Origin: Candidatus Latescibacterota bacterium
GTDB lineage: Bacteria > Latescibacterota > UBA2968 > UBA8231
Length of the DNA: 64,000 nt
Direction: 5' to 3'
Assembly (NCBI GenBank): GCA_963422735.1
Contig: OY730476.1
Span: 3,680,001-3,744,000 of the forward strand
A model generated the notes under the pieces. The model did no database searches. It had not been told where the DNA came from and worked only from the letters and a program-made list of their open reading frames with translations. Every line of letters starts with the position of its first letter. Position 1 is the stretch's first letter. A program made the position numbers and the translations under genes. Shown here piece after piece: positions 40,896 through 51,785 of the stretch.

Positions 40896-41367
40896 TCAAT
40901 CTCGCCGGGGTAGCCGGAAGGGATCGGTGACGCCGACGGTCCGGCCGCCTGAGATGGTGAAGCCCAAACCGCGTACGATCTGCATCGTCGCCAGCGTCGC
41001 GATCAGCGCATTGATGCGAAATCGCGAGATCGCGACGCCGTTGCAGAGCCCGACCACGCCACCGATTGATACGCCTGCCAACATGCCCAACAGGACGCTG
41101 CCCACGGCGTTAGTCACGACTGCCGCCACGACTTCCGAGCAGGCCACAACCGAGCCGACTGACAAATCGAAATTTCCCGATGCCAAGCAGAACAGCATCG
41201 TGCATCCAACCATGCCGATCTGCGACACCGCCAACGCCAAGCCCTTCACGTTCACCCACTACAAACAGTGCGGCGAAGACCATCAGCATACCGGTTTTTC
41301 CCCAGAGAAGCACCACCGTGCCGTGGGAGGCTGTTAGCGAGGTTCTTTCCTCCGTTAGCCGGTTCAA
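40896..41367 (-). pseudogene. araH: L-arabinose ABC permease remnant (frameshifted, 3'-truncated)
   Basis: MLFCLASGNFDLSVGSV and INALIATLATMQIVRGL match AraH. Confidence 0.8.
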
Positions 41368-42843
41368 GCAGGAGACGCCGGTAGTGCCAACCGCAGTACC
41401 TTTTCCTCATCGGCTTCGCCACGGGCAAGGGAGGCTACGATGGCACTTTCGCGCATCACCAGCAAGCGATCCGCCACGCCGAGGGCTTCCGGGAGATCGC
41501 TGAATGCCAACACCACCCCCACCTCGCGGTCAGCTAGATCGCGGGTGATGGCATATATCTCGCTTTTGGCACCAACGTCCACGCCGCGAGTAGGTTCGTC
41601 GAGAAGCAGCACGGTGACGGCCTCGGACAGCCACCGTGCGAGAATGGTTTTTTGCTGATTTCCGCCGGACAAGTTGACGATCTTCTGTGCCATTGACGGG
41701 GTGCGGATCCCGAGCCGTTCGATCTGGTCTTGGGCGTTGCGTTTTTCCCAAGCATCGTCGACGACAAAACCTAGCCGAGCGACCAGGTTCAGGTTCTCAA
41801 GTAAGGACGCCGTGGGCACGAGGCCGTCCTTTTTGCGGTCTTCTGGGCAAAAGGCCACGCCGGAGCGAATCAAGTCGTTTGGAGAAGAGATCGAGACTTG
41901 CCGATCGCACACTTTCACCACGCCGGCCTGTATTGGTTCCGCGCCAAACACCAAGCGCAGCAACTCGCTGCGGCCCGCGCCGATCAACCCAAATGGGCCG
42001 ACGACCTCGCCTTTTGCGACGGTGAAAGAGGCCGGCCTCGAAAGCCCCGGACCCTTCACCCCGACAACTTCGAGTGCGGTCTCTTTCTGTGTGCTAGGGC
42101 GGTAGTCGAAGACATCTTCGATGTCGCGGCCGATCATGCGGTTGACCAGTAGGTCATGGGAGACTCCTTCCAAAGAGGGAAACGTCTCAACATGGCGACC
42201 ATCCCGGAGGACTGTCGCGGAGTCTCACACGCGAAACAGTTCGTCCATGCGGTGGCTGACGTAGAGCACGGCACAGCCATTGCACTTGAGTTCCGCCACG
42301 GTCGCAAAGAGGCGTTCCACTTCTCGGGCAGAAAGGCTGCTAGTGGGTTCGTCTAAGACCAACACCCGTGCGCCACGAGTCAGGGCTTTGGCGATCTCGA
42401 CCATCTGCCGTTGTGCGATGGGAAGGCGACCGACTTTGACGGCGGGGTTGATGGCCTCACCCAAACGTTCTAGGGCGCGGTGCGCGGCTTCGCGCAGACG
42501 CAGGCGGTCCACGACCCCCAGTCTTGCGGGGAGATGGCCAAGGTAGAGATTTTCGGCCACGGACATTTCGGGGGTGAGCTGGAGTTCCTGATAGATGACG
42601 GCGACGCCGGCGTCCAAGGCCTCCAAGGTCGAACAAAAAACTCGTTCTCGTCCATCCAGAACCACGCTTCCAGCATCTGGCGAGTGGACGCCGCTCAAGA
42701 CCTTCAGCAGCGTGGACTTCCCCGCCCCGTTTTCGCCGATTAGGGCTCTGACTTCACCTGGGCGAACCACGGATTCCTCGGAATGTCTTCGAGACGCTGT
42801 GGAACCCAACCGCTGGGAGAGACGAGGGTTCCAAGACCGGCAC
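41364..42843 (-). pseudogene. araG: L-arabinose ABC ATPase, split by deletions
   Basis: [25 protein letters not shown] / LSGGNQQK, LDEPTRGVDVGAK in two broken ORFs. Confidence 0.85.
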
Positions 42844-42849
42844 GGCGAC

Positions 42850-43782
42850 CTACTCAAGACCCAGCTTTGTCTGGACTTCTTTGTAGTCATCTCGGTAGGC
42901 CATGACGCCTGCCGTGCGCGTGTCGGCGGCTCCTTGACCCACCTGTGGAGCAGTTCCGTCGTTTCGTACCCATGACGGCGGGGGCTAATCATACAGGTCG
43001 CGAAATACCCTGTCGGTTCCTCCTTCTCGAACTCGGTTAGCCCCGTACCAGCGCGCCGATACCGATGGTCTCCGCCGCGCCAAACCCGCGACCCTCCAGG
43101 GTGCGCACCGCGCCAAGGACCCCTTCGTCATTGATCGAGAACACCAACCAGCGTTTGATCTCCGGGTACTTGGTCAGGACGATGTTGGCAGCATCAAACG
43201 CTCCTGAGATGTAGGTAGTCTTCTCCGCCCCCAGTGTAGATGCGTTCCTGTGGAAAGCCAGCCTCGACCAGAGCTTCTATTGTTCCATCGGTGCGGTCAC
43301 GAGGGGTGTCGAGTTCGTCGAACGTGATTTTGAGAGTGCCCGTTTCCTCCAACGACCAGCCGCAGTTGGTGAACTCCTTGTGGAGTTCCCGTCCCACTTG
43401 GCGACCGGTTTCCTTGGCTGAAATGCTCATGTAAGGGACATCCATGAACTCGCCGTCCGCACCGACGAACTGATCGTCCACAGTGAACACTTTCATGTTA
43501 TGGCTGCCGGCTTTGGCCATCACGGCTGAGCCCCGTGCTCCCTTGGCCGCGAGGAGTTTTCCCCCGTCCGGAAGCCAATTTTTATCAGCTCAAACCCGTA
43601 CTTGTCGGCGCACTGCTGGGCGAATCTCCATTCCTTCTGGAACCATAGTTCCTCCGGCATTTTCACCAGAAACCCCAGCCGGATCTCTTCCTCGGCCGGC
43701 GGCGCGGAACCGGTTTCGGAAGATTCAGCGGTCTGCGGCCCACACCCGTTACTTGCGACCAAGGCGATAGGTCCGATTTCAT
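42850..43782 (-). pseudogene. araF: L-arabinose-binding periplasmic protein, multiple frameshifts
   Basis: LGFLVKMPEE.WFQ.EW.FA, VDDQFV, ELDT.RDRT and SPRRHGY pieces resemble AraF. Confidence 0.85.
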
Positions 43783-43880
43783 GTGGGAGTCCCTCTGTTT
43801 ACACCGTTAGCCGCCGGGAAGGTCGGACAGGTCGCATCGTCAATGGCCTATCGGCATTCGTGGAGTGCAATGATGGTCGT

Positions 43881-45104
43881 TCAGCGATCATGCGATTCTT
43901 CCGCGTGCTGTAGTAGTATCTGGACAGATCTGAGGTTGTCGGCGAACGTTTGGTTTGAGGAGTCTAATTCGACTGCGCGTTCGAAGGCCTCCATGGCCCC
44001 GGTCCTATTCCCCGCGAGCAGTCTGACGGTGCCGATCCCATTGTGGGCGAAAGCGTAGGTGGAGTTGGTGCGCAACGCTGCTCGATAGGCCCGGGCAGCC
44101 TCTTCGGGTCGATTCTGCTGCAGTAGGAGGTTTCCCAAGTTGTTGTGGGCGGCGGCAAATTCGGCATCTCGTGAGATAGCCTGTCGATAGAGCTGAATCG
44201 CTTTGTCCGTCTCACCCCGTCTCGAATACAGGCGAGCCAGTGCCTGATAGAGAGTCGGATCGGTGGGATCGTGGCGGATCGCCTCGCGGTACTTGGCGAT
44301 GTCCGTGTCGATCGATCTGAGCATCTCGAACCGACCCAACATCATTTGCCCACTCTCCTTCTGCCCCAGCCGCATCAGACAGTTGGCCAGATCGAAGTGC
44401 GCCTTCGCGTGGTACGCGTTGAGCTGAATGGCCGTCTCGAGATGCCGGCGCGCACTCGCGAAGTCCTTGGCAGCAAGCTGTAGCCCACCTAGGTGTGCCC
44501 AAGTGTCTGCGTGGGTCGAGTCAATCTGCAGCGTTCTCCGCAGAAGCACTTCGGCCGCGTCCCGTCGCCCCTGCTTTCCCAGCAGGTAGCCCAGCAGGTT
44601 GCGCGCCTCCACGTCGTCGGGACGGATCCCCACTGCAATCTCCAGCGCTTCGATGGCCCCTCTGTAGTTGCCTCGCCGTTCCCGCAGTTGTGCCAAAGCC
44701 TTGTGAGCGGGCTGATATCCACTATCGGCCTCGATCGCACGCACCATCAGTTCTTCCGCCTCTTCGTGCCGTCCCGCCGCTGAGCGCACAGAGGCGAGGT
44801 TGTAATAGGCTGCCGCGTACTCGGGCTTGAGGGATATCGCTTGTTGGTACGACGCAGCGGCTTGGTCGAGACGGCCCTGCCGCGCTAGATTGTTGCCGAG
44901 ATCGTAGTGGATGACCGGATCCCGTGAATATAGCTGTACCGCGCGTCGCAGCAGTAGGATCGCTTCGGCGGATTCACCGCGAGCCGAGTGCTCGAGCGCG
45001 CTGTCGAGGAGGGCTCGAGCGGCTTCTTGCTGCCGAACCGCCTGTTTCTCGGGCGCAGGCCCCTCGCAAGCACTCAGTAGGAAGAAGACGAGAACAGCGG
45101 GCAT
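43881..45104 (-). CDS. TPR-repeat lipoprotein
   Basis: Lipobox LSAC; many 34-aa TPR units (AHNNLGNLL..). Confidence 0.9.
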   Translation of the reverse strand: MPAVLVFFLLSACEGPAPEKQAVRQQEAARALLDSALEHSARGESAEAILLLRRAVQLYSRDPVIHYDLGNNLARQGRLDQAAASYQQAISLKPEYAAAYYNLASVRSAAGRHEEAEELMVRAIEADSGYQPAHKALAQLRERRGNYRGAIEALEIAVGIRPDDVEARNLLGYLLGKQGRRDAAEVLLRRTLQIDSTHADTWAHLGGLQLAAKDFASARRHLETAIQLNAYHAKAHFDLANCLMRLGQKESGQMMLGRFEMLRSIDTDIAKYREAIRHDPTDPTLYQALARLYSRRGETDKAIQLYRQAISRDAEFAAAHNNLGNLLLQQNRPEEAARAYRAALRTNSTYAFAHNGIGTVRLLAGNRTGAMEAFERAVELDSSNQTFADNLRSVQILLQHAEESHDR

Positions 45105-45128
45105 GACACTCGCAGATCCAGGTACGCT

Positions 45129-46733
45129 TCAATTCCGGGCATCCTCTTCGCGATCCCCCCAATCGGTCAGTACGGATCCTAGCGCGTCTTCATGGACCAC
45201 GATCTCGTCGGCGAAGTCCACGCGGAGTTGGACGAGCAACGAGTCCATTCTCTGATGCTCGATACGCAGACGGAGGATCACTTCAATATTCCGTTTCACC
45301 ACCTCATAAGGTCGCGTTGGGGTCTGACTTTTTTCGGCGATACGCAGAACGGAATACCCGCCAGGTACTTCGAGGGGCCCTAGGAGCGCACCCACTTCCG
45401 CATCGAGAGCGAGAGGCGCGAGAGCCCCTAGGAGCGGATTGTCTCTCGTGACGAGCCACATCGACCCGCCTCTTTTCTTCGTCACCTCGCGAATGCTGTG
45501 TACCCGTGCTAGGGAGTCGATGGGGGCACCCGCTTCTGCTTGGCCGCGGAGTCGTTGCGCCAGAGTAAGGTCAGCGATGAGTACCTCATCAACGCGAACC
45601 GTCGGGCGTGGACCATACAACTCAGGGTGTTCCTCGTAGTACGCCCGTTTCTCGGCATCCGATATCTCAATACGTCCGACGACGACCCGACGGAGGCTGT
45701 CGATCATCATTTCTTCCCTCAGTGCATCGACCTGATCGCGCACCACGGGTTGACGGGCCATGCCGCGACGCTTGGCCTCCTCGACGACCAGTCGATCCCG
45801 GGCCTTCGTGCGCAACCAGCTCTGAGGATCGGCCGCGGCGGTGGCCAAGTCGACGTCGGATGACAGTAGCTGACCGCCCGTCCAGGTACAGAGAGGGTCC
45901 GACGCTGGACGGGTGCCGGCCAGTGGCTCACAGACTAGGCCATTTGCATCAACCAAGCTGTCGGCGAAGGTCTCAAAGACGCGAGTCCTCTCGCGTACGC
46001 GGAACTCCTCGATCACAACATCCCACTGGCTCGCAATGTCGGCGGGGCGGCGATCGACAAGGCGAAACACGTGAACCCCGTAGCGGGAGGTCAGAGGTTC
46101 CGGGTAGGTTTGACCAGGCTCCAGAGACAGCACTTGCTCCCTGACCTCCGGGAGCACTTGAGATATAGACATGTAGCTAAAGTAGCCCCCCAATCCCCCT
46201 GTCTCGTGGTGGATCGAACGTTCGACAGCAAGCACATCCATCGGCTCTCCCGCATCGAGAGCCTCGAGGACTCTCCACGCATCGGCCTCATTCGCCAGCA
46301 TCACGTGCTGGAGCAGCACCTCTTCGGTGAACCCTTCTTCAATGGCGAAGGTCTGGATGCCTGACGTATCGAGCCCCGCGTCAACAGCGACCGCGTTGAA
46401 CAAGGCGCGCCAGAGGAGCTTGCTCTGGTGCTGCTCAATGGCAACTGCGATTCTCGGCGCTGCGTCCAGCTTCCTGCGTTGTCCATCCATCACCAGAAGT
46501 TGTCTGTCTATCATCGCATCCAGTAGCTGACGTCTCGTGTCGAGACGGGCGGGGTCTTTGCCGCGATGGGAAGAAGCGAGAAGCTTCGTCGCCATCTCGC
46601 TGTATGCCTCGACATCGATCGTATCCCGGCCGATGATGGCGACGATGGGCTTCGGCTCGTATTGTTCGGTCTGTTCGCAGGCCAGCAGTCCCGTTATCAG
46701 CAAGATAACGGTGCGCGACAAGATTCTCATCAT
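45129..46733 (-). CDS. Parvulin (PpiC/SurA/PrsA-like) peptidyl-prolyl isomerase lipoprotein, two domains
   Basis: Lipobox LLAC; LA..RS....GG, SRYGVHVF and LA..HS...RGG, VPGGYSVL. Confidence 0.82.
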   Translation of the reverse strand: MMRILSRTVILLITGLLACEQTEQYEPKPIVAIIGRDTIDVEAYSEMATKLLASSHRGKDPARLDTRRQLLDAMIDRQLLVMDGQRRKLDAAPRIAVAIEQHQSKLLWRALFNAVAVDAGLDTSGIQTFAIEEGFTEEVLLQHVMLANEADAWRVLEALDAGEPMDVLAVERSIHHETGGLGGYFSYMSISQVLPEVREQVLSLEPGQTYPEPLTSRYGVHVFRLVDRRPADIASQWDVVIEEFRVRERTRVFETFADSLVDANGLVCEPLAGTRPASDPLCTWTGGQLLSSDVDLATAAADPQSWLRTKARDRLVVEEAKRRGMARQPVVRDQVDALREEMMIDSLRRVVVGRIEISDAEKRAYYEEHPELYGPRPTVRVDEVLIADLTLAQRLRGQAEAGAPIDSLARVHSIREVTKKRGGSMWLVTRDNPLLGALAPLALDAEVGALLGPLEVPGGYSVLRIAEKSQTPTRPYEVVKRNIEVILRLRIEHQRMDSLLVQLRVDFADEIVVHEDALGSVLTDWGDREEDARN

Positions 46734-49369
46734 TGACCGATTCCGAGACCCGCAAACACGTCCACGAAGATCATCGTGTTCGTGTCGGCATCTTCTCCAC
46801 GAACGCTGCGTCGAGTCCACCGTATGCCGATGTTCGCGGTCAGCTCGTAGCCCAGATACGCCGCCTGATTGGAAAACTGCGATGCCAGAGTTAAGCGACT
46901 GAAGTCGTCTTGGTAGTCAACGGCGCCGCCCTCAGGGCGGCTCTTCAGGTTATTGAAAAGTTCGTATTCGGTGCCAAGACCGAGAGTCAGCTTCGGGGAG
47001 ATGCTGTAGCTGACGAGAAAGAAGAAGAGCTCTGCAAGGTCGCGCGTGCTGCGCTCACGTGGGTTGGTCGGCGTGCGAGAAGAAAACTGCTGCTTCCACT
47101 GAGGCCACAAAAGCACAGTCTGTGTTGCCCAGAATTGGCGGTCCGCCTTGTTGATTAGACCCAAGAATCGCTCATCCCGCGTTCCCTGCGCCGCATCCCC
47201 CTGCTGATTGTAGGCGTCGTACTTGAGCTTCGTCTGCGTCGCAACGAACGGACTCCAATCTACCTGAAGGTAGAGGGTGTTGATGAAGGTATCCTGCGCG
47301 ATCAACGGATCGCTAAAATCCTGCAGCGTACCGGTAGAGAAGGCCGGCTGTACCCACTGAATGAGATTGTCGGGGATGTCATCCTTGACTTTGCGGGCGA
47401 ACTCCATCAGCTGGATCGACAGATTGCGCTGCGGATATTCCTTCTTCAGCGTCAGCAGACCGTATGTGGAGGCCGCCCGGCGGTCGCTGGAGTGCTGTTC
47501 CGTCCGCGAGCGCCCCACCATGAGGCGACTGTTCGGCATCAGTTCGACACCGGCGTAGAGGTTGTATCCCTTGCTGTCCCGCTTGTACGGGTAATCCGGT
47601 TCCGTGTCGTTCTCGAAGCGGTCGATGATGGTATTGTTGTTCATGTCCGTGCCGAACAGGTATTCGGGTGGATCGACGTGGTAGCGGAAGAACGGCTCGC
47701 TGTAATCGGGCTGGTTGTTCTGATTCTGATTGAAGTCGGAGATGAAGTCCTGGTTCTCATCGAGGCCCGGAAACACCTCCCGGTCGGGGAATTGATTCTG
47801 GTTTGGAAACAGGGCACTCAGATTCGCGCTACGGCGAATCCAGTCCGGGAAGCGATCCTGATCGTCGTTATCGTCGATGAGTTCGTAGAGATAGGTCTCC
47901 TCGTTCTCGTAATCGACGAAGCCTTGCGAGTCGGGGATGAACATAGACGTCGAGTACCTAGGCTCGATGCTGAAAAACTCCCCGTATCCGAAGAAGGGGT
48001 ACGCAATCTGCGATGCCGTAGCGTAGTAAGCCTCGGACTCGTCGTGAGCGAGGGCCTGATTGCTGCGGATGGTCTGATTGGGGAACCGTCGATTGCGCCG
48101 ATTGCTCACGTACTCAGATCGGAGGTTAAAGCCCCCCACATCGCTGATTACCAGATTCACCCCTCGCAGCTCGTTGCTCGAAGGGATCCCGTACTGAAAG
48201 CGGATGAATCGCTGGTTGGAGGCATCCGTGACGTTGCCCTCTGCTTCGGCGACGGGTAGGAAGGCGGGCTCTAGCGTCGCGTTGGTCTGCAAATTCGATG
48301 CGACTTCTATGAGATAGTCGTTGGCCACGACCAGTCCCACCTCGATTCGCTCGATCTCCCGGAAATCAGTGATCTCCTCATCGGGCCCCGGCCGGAAATC
48401 GGTCTCAATGTTATACGTCAGGGTGACCGTATTGGAACCACTGGCCTCTAGCAGGCCCTCGCGCGCGACACCCCCTTCGATGATCGGGTCGATCTCGGGA
48501 TGCTCGACGCCGTCGATGAAGAGCTGCTCACGGAGCAGCAGTGCGCCGCCAACGCCATCCTCCGGAGAGTCGTCTGACAGTCGCACGATCAGCCGCTGGA
48601 CATTTCCCGCATTCAGGCGACCGCCGAGGACGCCACGCAGCGAATTTTCGTCGAGAGAGAGCGTCGAATTCTGGTGAAAGGTCGTCAGATATCTCCCGCC
48701 CAAGGTTGCGAAATCGCCAACGGCGACGCTTCCGTTCAGGCCGAGTAACTGAGTGAAGGTCGTTTGCCGCGCCGGGCCTTGGTCAACAGCGACGGCCACG
48801 CGCCCGGGCGAATCTGCCCGCGCCGCCAAGACGCTTACTCCGTATTTATCGGTCTGGAAGTCCCACTGCAGACCGTCGAACAGGGGCTTGGAGAAGGTGA
48901 GCGGCGTCATCGTGGTGCGAATGCCCTCGCCGATGGTCAGGGAGGTGTGGAACTGCCCCTTGGCCCCGGAGACCACGATGAGACGATTGAACCACTGGCT
49001 GAAGTTGGGATCTTTCCAGATTCCGCTACCGAAATCTCGCGGATACTCATTCGTGAAGTTGTAGATGTTCCAGCCCTTGGTGAAGTAATTGCCGTAGAGG
49101 TCGTAGTAGCGGTCGCCTTCGAGCTCGGTTCTCACATATCGCCGGTACTGGTCTCGAGCATAGTTGGTGTAAGGACTCCCCTGCCATCCGTATAGTGAGT
49201 AGAGCGCTTGGGGCAGATACCACTTCCGCAAAGTTGGAACCAGTGTTTCAGGACTGATTCGGGCCCCTTCAGTAATGTAGGGATTGAACAGACCGACTTC
49301 GACTGCTCCGCTTGGCATCACCTGTAGCAGCAGGACGGCTATCATGGAGCCGACCCAGTTGCGCTTCAT
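46730..49369 (-). CDS. Large hypothetical protein, putative OM beta-barrel with acidic Ca-binding-like insert
   Basis: Signal peptide, aromatic-rich N-terminus, DDNDDQD/DENQD/DMNNN motifs, amphipathic C-terminal strands. Confidence 0.6.
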   Translation of the reverse strand: MKRNWVGSMIAVLLLQVMPSGAVEVGLFNPYITEGARISPETLVPTLRKWYLPQALYSLYGWQGSPYTNYARDQYRRYVRTELEGDRYYDLYGNYFTKGWNIYNFTNEYPRDFGSGIWKDPNFSQWFNRLIVVSGAKGQFHTSLTIGEGIRTTMTPLTFSKPLFDGLQWDFQTDKYGVSVLAARADSPGRVAVAVDQGPARQTTFTQLLGLNGSVAVGDFATLGGRYLTTFHQNSTLSLDENSLRGVLGGRLNAGNVQRLIVRLSDDSPEDGVGGALLLREQLFIDGVEHPEIDPIIEGGVAREGLLEASGSNTVTLTYNIETDFRPGPDEEITDFREIERIEVGLVVANDYLIEVASNLQTNATLEPAFLPVAEAEGNVTDASNQRFIRFQYGIPSSNELRGVNLVISDVGGFNLRSEYVSNRRNRRFPNQTIRSNQALAHDESEAYYATASQIAYPFFGYGEFFSIEPRYSTSMFIPDSQGFVDYENEETYLYELIDDNDDQDRFPDWIRRSANLSALFPNQNQFPDREVFPGLDENQDFISDFNQNQNNQPDYSEPFFRYHVDPPEYLFGTDMNNNTIIDRFENDTEPDYPYKRDSKGYNLYAGVELMPNSRLMVGRSRTEQHSSDRRAASTYGLLTLKKEYPQRNLSIQLMEFARKVKDDIPDNLIQWVQPAFSTGTLQDFSDPLIAQDTFINTLYLQVDWSPFVATQTKLKYDAYNQQGDAAQGTRDERFLGLINKADRQFWATQTVLLWPQWKQQFSSRTPTNPRERSTRDLAELFFFLVSYSISPKLTLGLGTEYELFNNLKSRPEGGAVDYQDDFSRLTLASQFSNQAAYLGYELTANIGIRWTRRSVRGEDADTNTMIFVDVFAGLGIGQ

Positions 49370-49423
49370 GTCCAGCTCTCCCGCGTTAATTTACCGCCAC
49401 GTGTCATCATTGGATCAACCTTT

Positions 49424-51775
49424 CTAATAGGCTACACTCACCAGCAGGGTTTCGGCCTCCTGCCTTGCATCTGCCGGCACCTCTACGCGGCAGACATAGA
49501 TCCCGGGTGGCGCAGGCTGATCATCTACCATCCCATCCCACACTAGCCGCTGCGTCTCTCCTAGCTGGCCGGCGACGACCCGGAGCAAGTGCCCTGACAA
49601 GTTGTAGAGCCGTAGCTCAGCAGCGACTTTGGTGCGAAACAGATCGAAGGTAATGCGCAAATTGTCGTTGATAGCGTCGCCATTCGGCGTAATGACGCGG
49701 CTCGATACAACGAGATTGCGGATAGTACCTCCTGAGGCTGTATTCGGCAAGAAAACGAAGAGGGCCTCTCGGTCGGTGCGATCAAACTCGCCATCGTCGT
49801 CGTCGTCGATATCTGGCGGCCTCACCTCTTGCAAATTATCCGGTTGTGCCGAGTTCGCCACGGATGCAAGGAAGCGGGTGGGATTGTTCAGCGGCCGCGC
49901 CGTGAACATCACCTCCACCGAGTCCCGTAGTACGCGTCGAGGCATGGCGACGACGAGCGTGTCCACGGTGGACTCGACAAAGCTCTCGAGCTCTTCACCA
50001 TTGATGTGCAGCGACACATTCTGCACTTCCCCTGGCACGGGCAGAATCACGCGATCAAAGCCCTGGTCTCTGGCCGTAAAGGTCGGTTGCAGCACGTAGC
50101 GAAAGTCCTGCCACTGGCCAGCGATTGCCTCCCGTGGATAAATCGCGGCCTCAACGCCTTTTTGCACCAGTGCTTCGTCGAAGTGAAGAGTCACTGAGTT
50201 GAGGACCGGAGTGATTTTAGGATCGTCGGTCTCCAGACTCACTCGCATTCGCAATAGCTGTCTAGGGGTGGGCGACCGAAAGGGCTGACCCGACGAAAGG
50301 TGCGGCTCACTCCAACCACTCCAGTCCGCACCCTCCTTGGGGACTTCGACGATCTCACCTCGGACCACTTTGGGCAGCTTGTTGTACTGCGCCTCCGTGA
50401 TCGGTTCCCCGTTCTTCTTGAAGAAGAACTGCTCCACATCGAGCTCATTGCCCGTTCGAGTCTGCACGGTGATTCGAGTCCCCGGGGGGGCGTCGGCATC
50501 CCACGAGATCCCCGTGATGCTCTTGGCCCTCCCGAGGTCGATGAAGTCGGATGTCAATGCTGCTTGTGCCGGGTAGCCAGCAGAATAGATGAATACTTCC
50601 AGCATAATATAGGCAGCATTTCTGTTCTCGATGTCCATGTGGTTCCAGAACAGATAGCGGCCGGCCCGATCTTCTAGCTGATGGTCGAAGATATAGCGTC
50701 TCGGTGCCCGGCTGTTGTCGACGCGCGAAATACGCGTGTAGTCGAACGGGCTGCGGAATGGATCGTCCCGCGCGATCGGCGTCCCGTCTGTTATCTCCAA
50801 GTTGTAGCCGGTGTTGGTACCGCCGATTCCGAATGTCGTTCGACCTAGCTGATTGGGAGGCCACTGGTAGAATACGATCCGACTAATGTGGAAGAGGGCA
50901 CCCAGATCCCATTCGAACCACATCCCGCCGTCCTGCCAGAAGCGATTGAGAGCATTCGAAACCACGGGCCATGCGTTGTCCACAGTACCATCGCGGATTT
51001 CTTCCACTTTTTTGAGTCCCGATCGGATTGCCCCCCCTCGATCGAAGGTCGTCAACGCGATGTTATCGCCGATCGCGGTAACCTCGATCTCCGCCAGCGC
51101 CGCGCCTTCCCCGACCTCGTGGGGAAGGAAGCGGATATAGTGCACGGGCATGAAGTCCAGCAATTTGCCCCTCACCAGATTCTCGCCGGTCGCAATATCA
51201 CTAAAATCTTCAATCGACAAGGGGATGATGATCTCGTCCAGTTCGTTGGGCTCGGTGGTTGTGAAGACGCGCTGGAATCGCCAGACATCCGCGGACGAAG
51301 ACACCGTGGAACCTTCGCTGACAAAAACTGAGAAATCCCGGAAGGGGCGTACGTCGAGGGTGTCCGGGAAGACCAAGCGGATCTCCTTCAGCAGGACGAG
51401 GCGACCCAGGTCGATGTGTAGCCACGCATTGTCGGGATCGGCACCGGCATCGGGCTGCCACCACGTGTCGTGGTCGTTATCGGCGAGAAACCGAGCGTCG
51501 CGGTTGTTCGACTGTGCCGTCAGACCACCGAAGACCTCTCCACTTTTCCGGGTGGGATGTGAGAACAGCGACATGTCATCCATCGGATCGGTGTCCGTTC
51601 CGTACCACCCCAGCTCAACTTGCCCGTCTTGCTGCAACTGAATGGCCCCGACCGGGCTGGTCCACTTCTGCCAATCGCTGCGACGATCAAAGTGAAGCTC
51701 ATCGGCCGCGACGTGACTGGACAGTAGCCATGCGGTCATGGCGATGATGCACAAGCTTGTTTTTGCCATAGTCAT
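49424..51775 (-). CDS. Secreted discoidin-like protein with FlgD/T9SS-B-like C-terminal domain (paralogue 3)
   Basis: Two DLG-containing F5/8-like domains, WSGWSEP, TPNGDAIND...YNLSGH..WDG...PPGIY. Confidence 0.75.
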   Translation of the reverse strand: MTMAKTSLCIIAMTAWLLSSHVAADELHFDRRSDWQKWTSPVGAIQLQQDGQVELGWYGTDTDPMDDMSLFSHPTRKSGEVFGGLTAQSNNRDARFLADNDHDTWWQPDAGADPDNAWLHIDLGRLVLLKEIRLVFPDTLDVRPFRDFSVFVSEGSTVSSSADVWRFQRVFTTTEPNELDEIIIPLSIEDFSDIATGENLVRGKLLDFMPVHYIRFLPHEVGEGAALAEIEVTAIGDNIALTTFDRGGAIRSGLKKVEEIRDGTVDNAWPVVSNALNRFWQDGGMWFEWDLGALFHISRIVFYQWPPNQLGRTTFGIGGTNTGYNLEITDGTPIARDDPFRSPFDYTRISRVDNSRAPRRYIFDHQLEDRAGRYLFWNHMDIENRNAAYIMLEVFIYSAGYPAQAALTSDFIDLGRAKSITGISWDADAPPGTRITVQTRTGNELDVEQFFFKKNGEPITEAQYNKLPKVVRGEIVEVPKEGADWSGWSEPHLSSGQPFRSPTPRQLLRMRVSLETDDPKITPVLNSVTLHFDEALVQKGVEAAIYPREAIAGQWQDFRYVLQPTFTARDQGFDRVILPVPGEVQNVSLHINGEELESFVESTVDTLVVAMPRRVLRDSVEVMFTARPLNNPTRFLASVANSAQPDNLQEVRPPDIDDDDDGEFDRTDREALFVFLPNTASGGTIRNLVVSSRVITPNGDAINDNLRITFDLFRTKVAAELRLYNLSGHLLRVVAGQLGETQRLVWDGMVDDQPAPPGIYVCRVEVPADARQEAETLLVSVAY

Positions 51776-51785
51776 TATACCCCCC

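Noticed and set aside
42986-42998. TCATACAGGT half-match to the FadR operator
   Set aside because: It lies inside the araF pseudogene coding region, lacks the left arm and has no promoter context.
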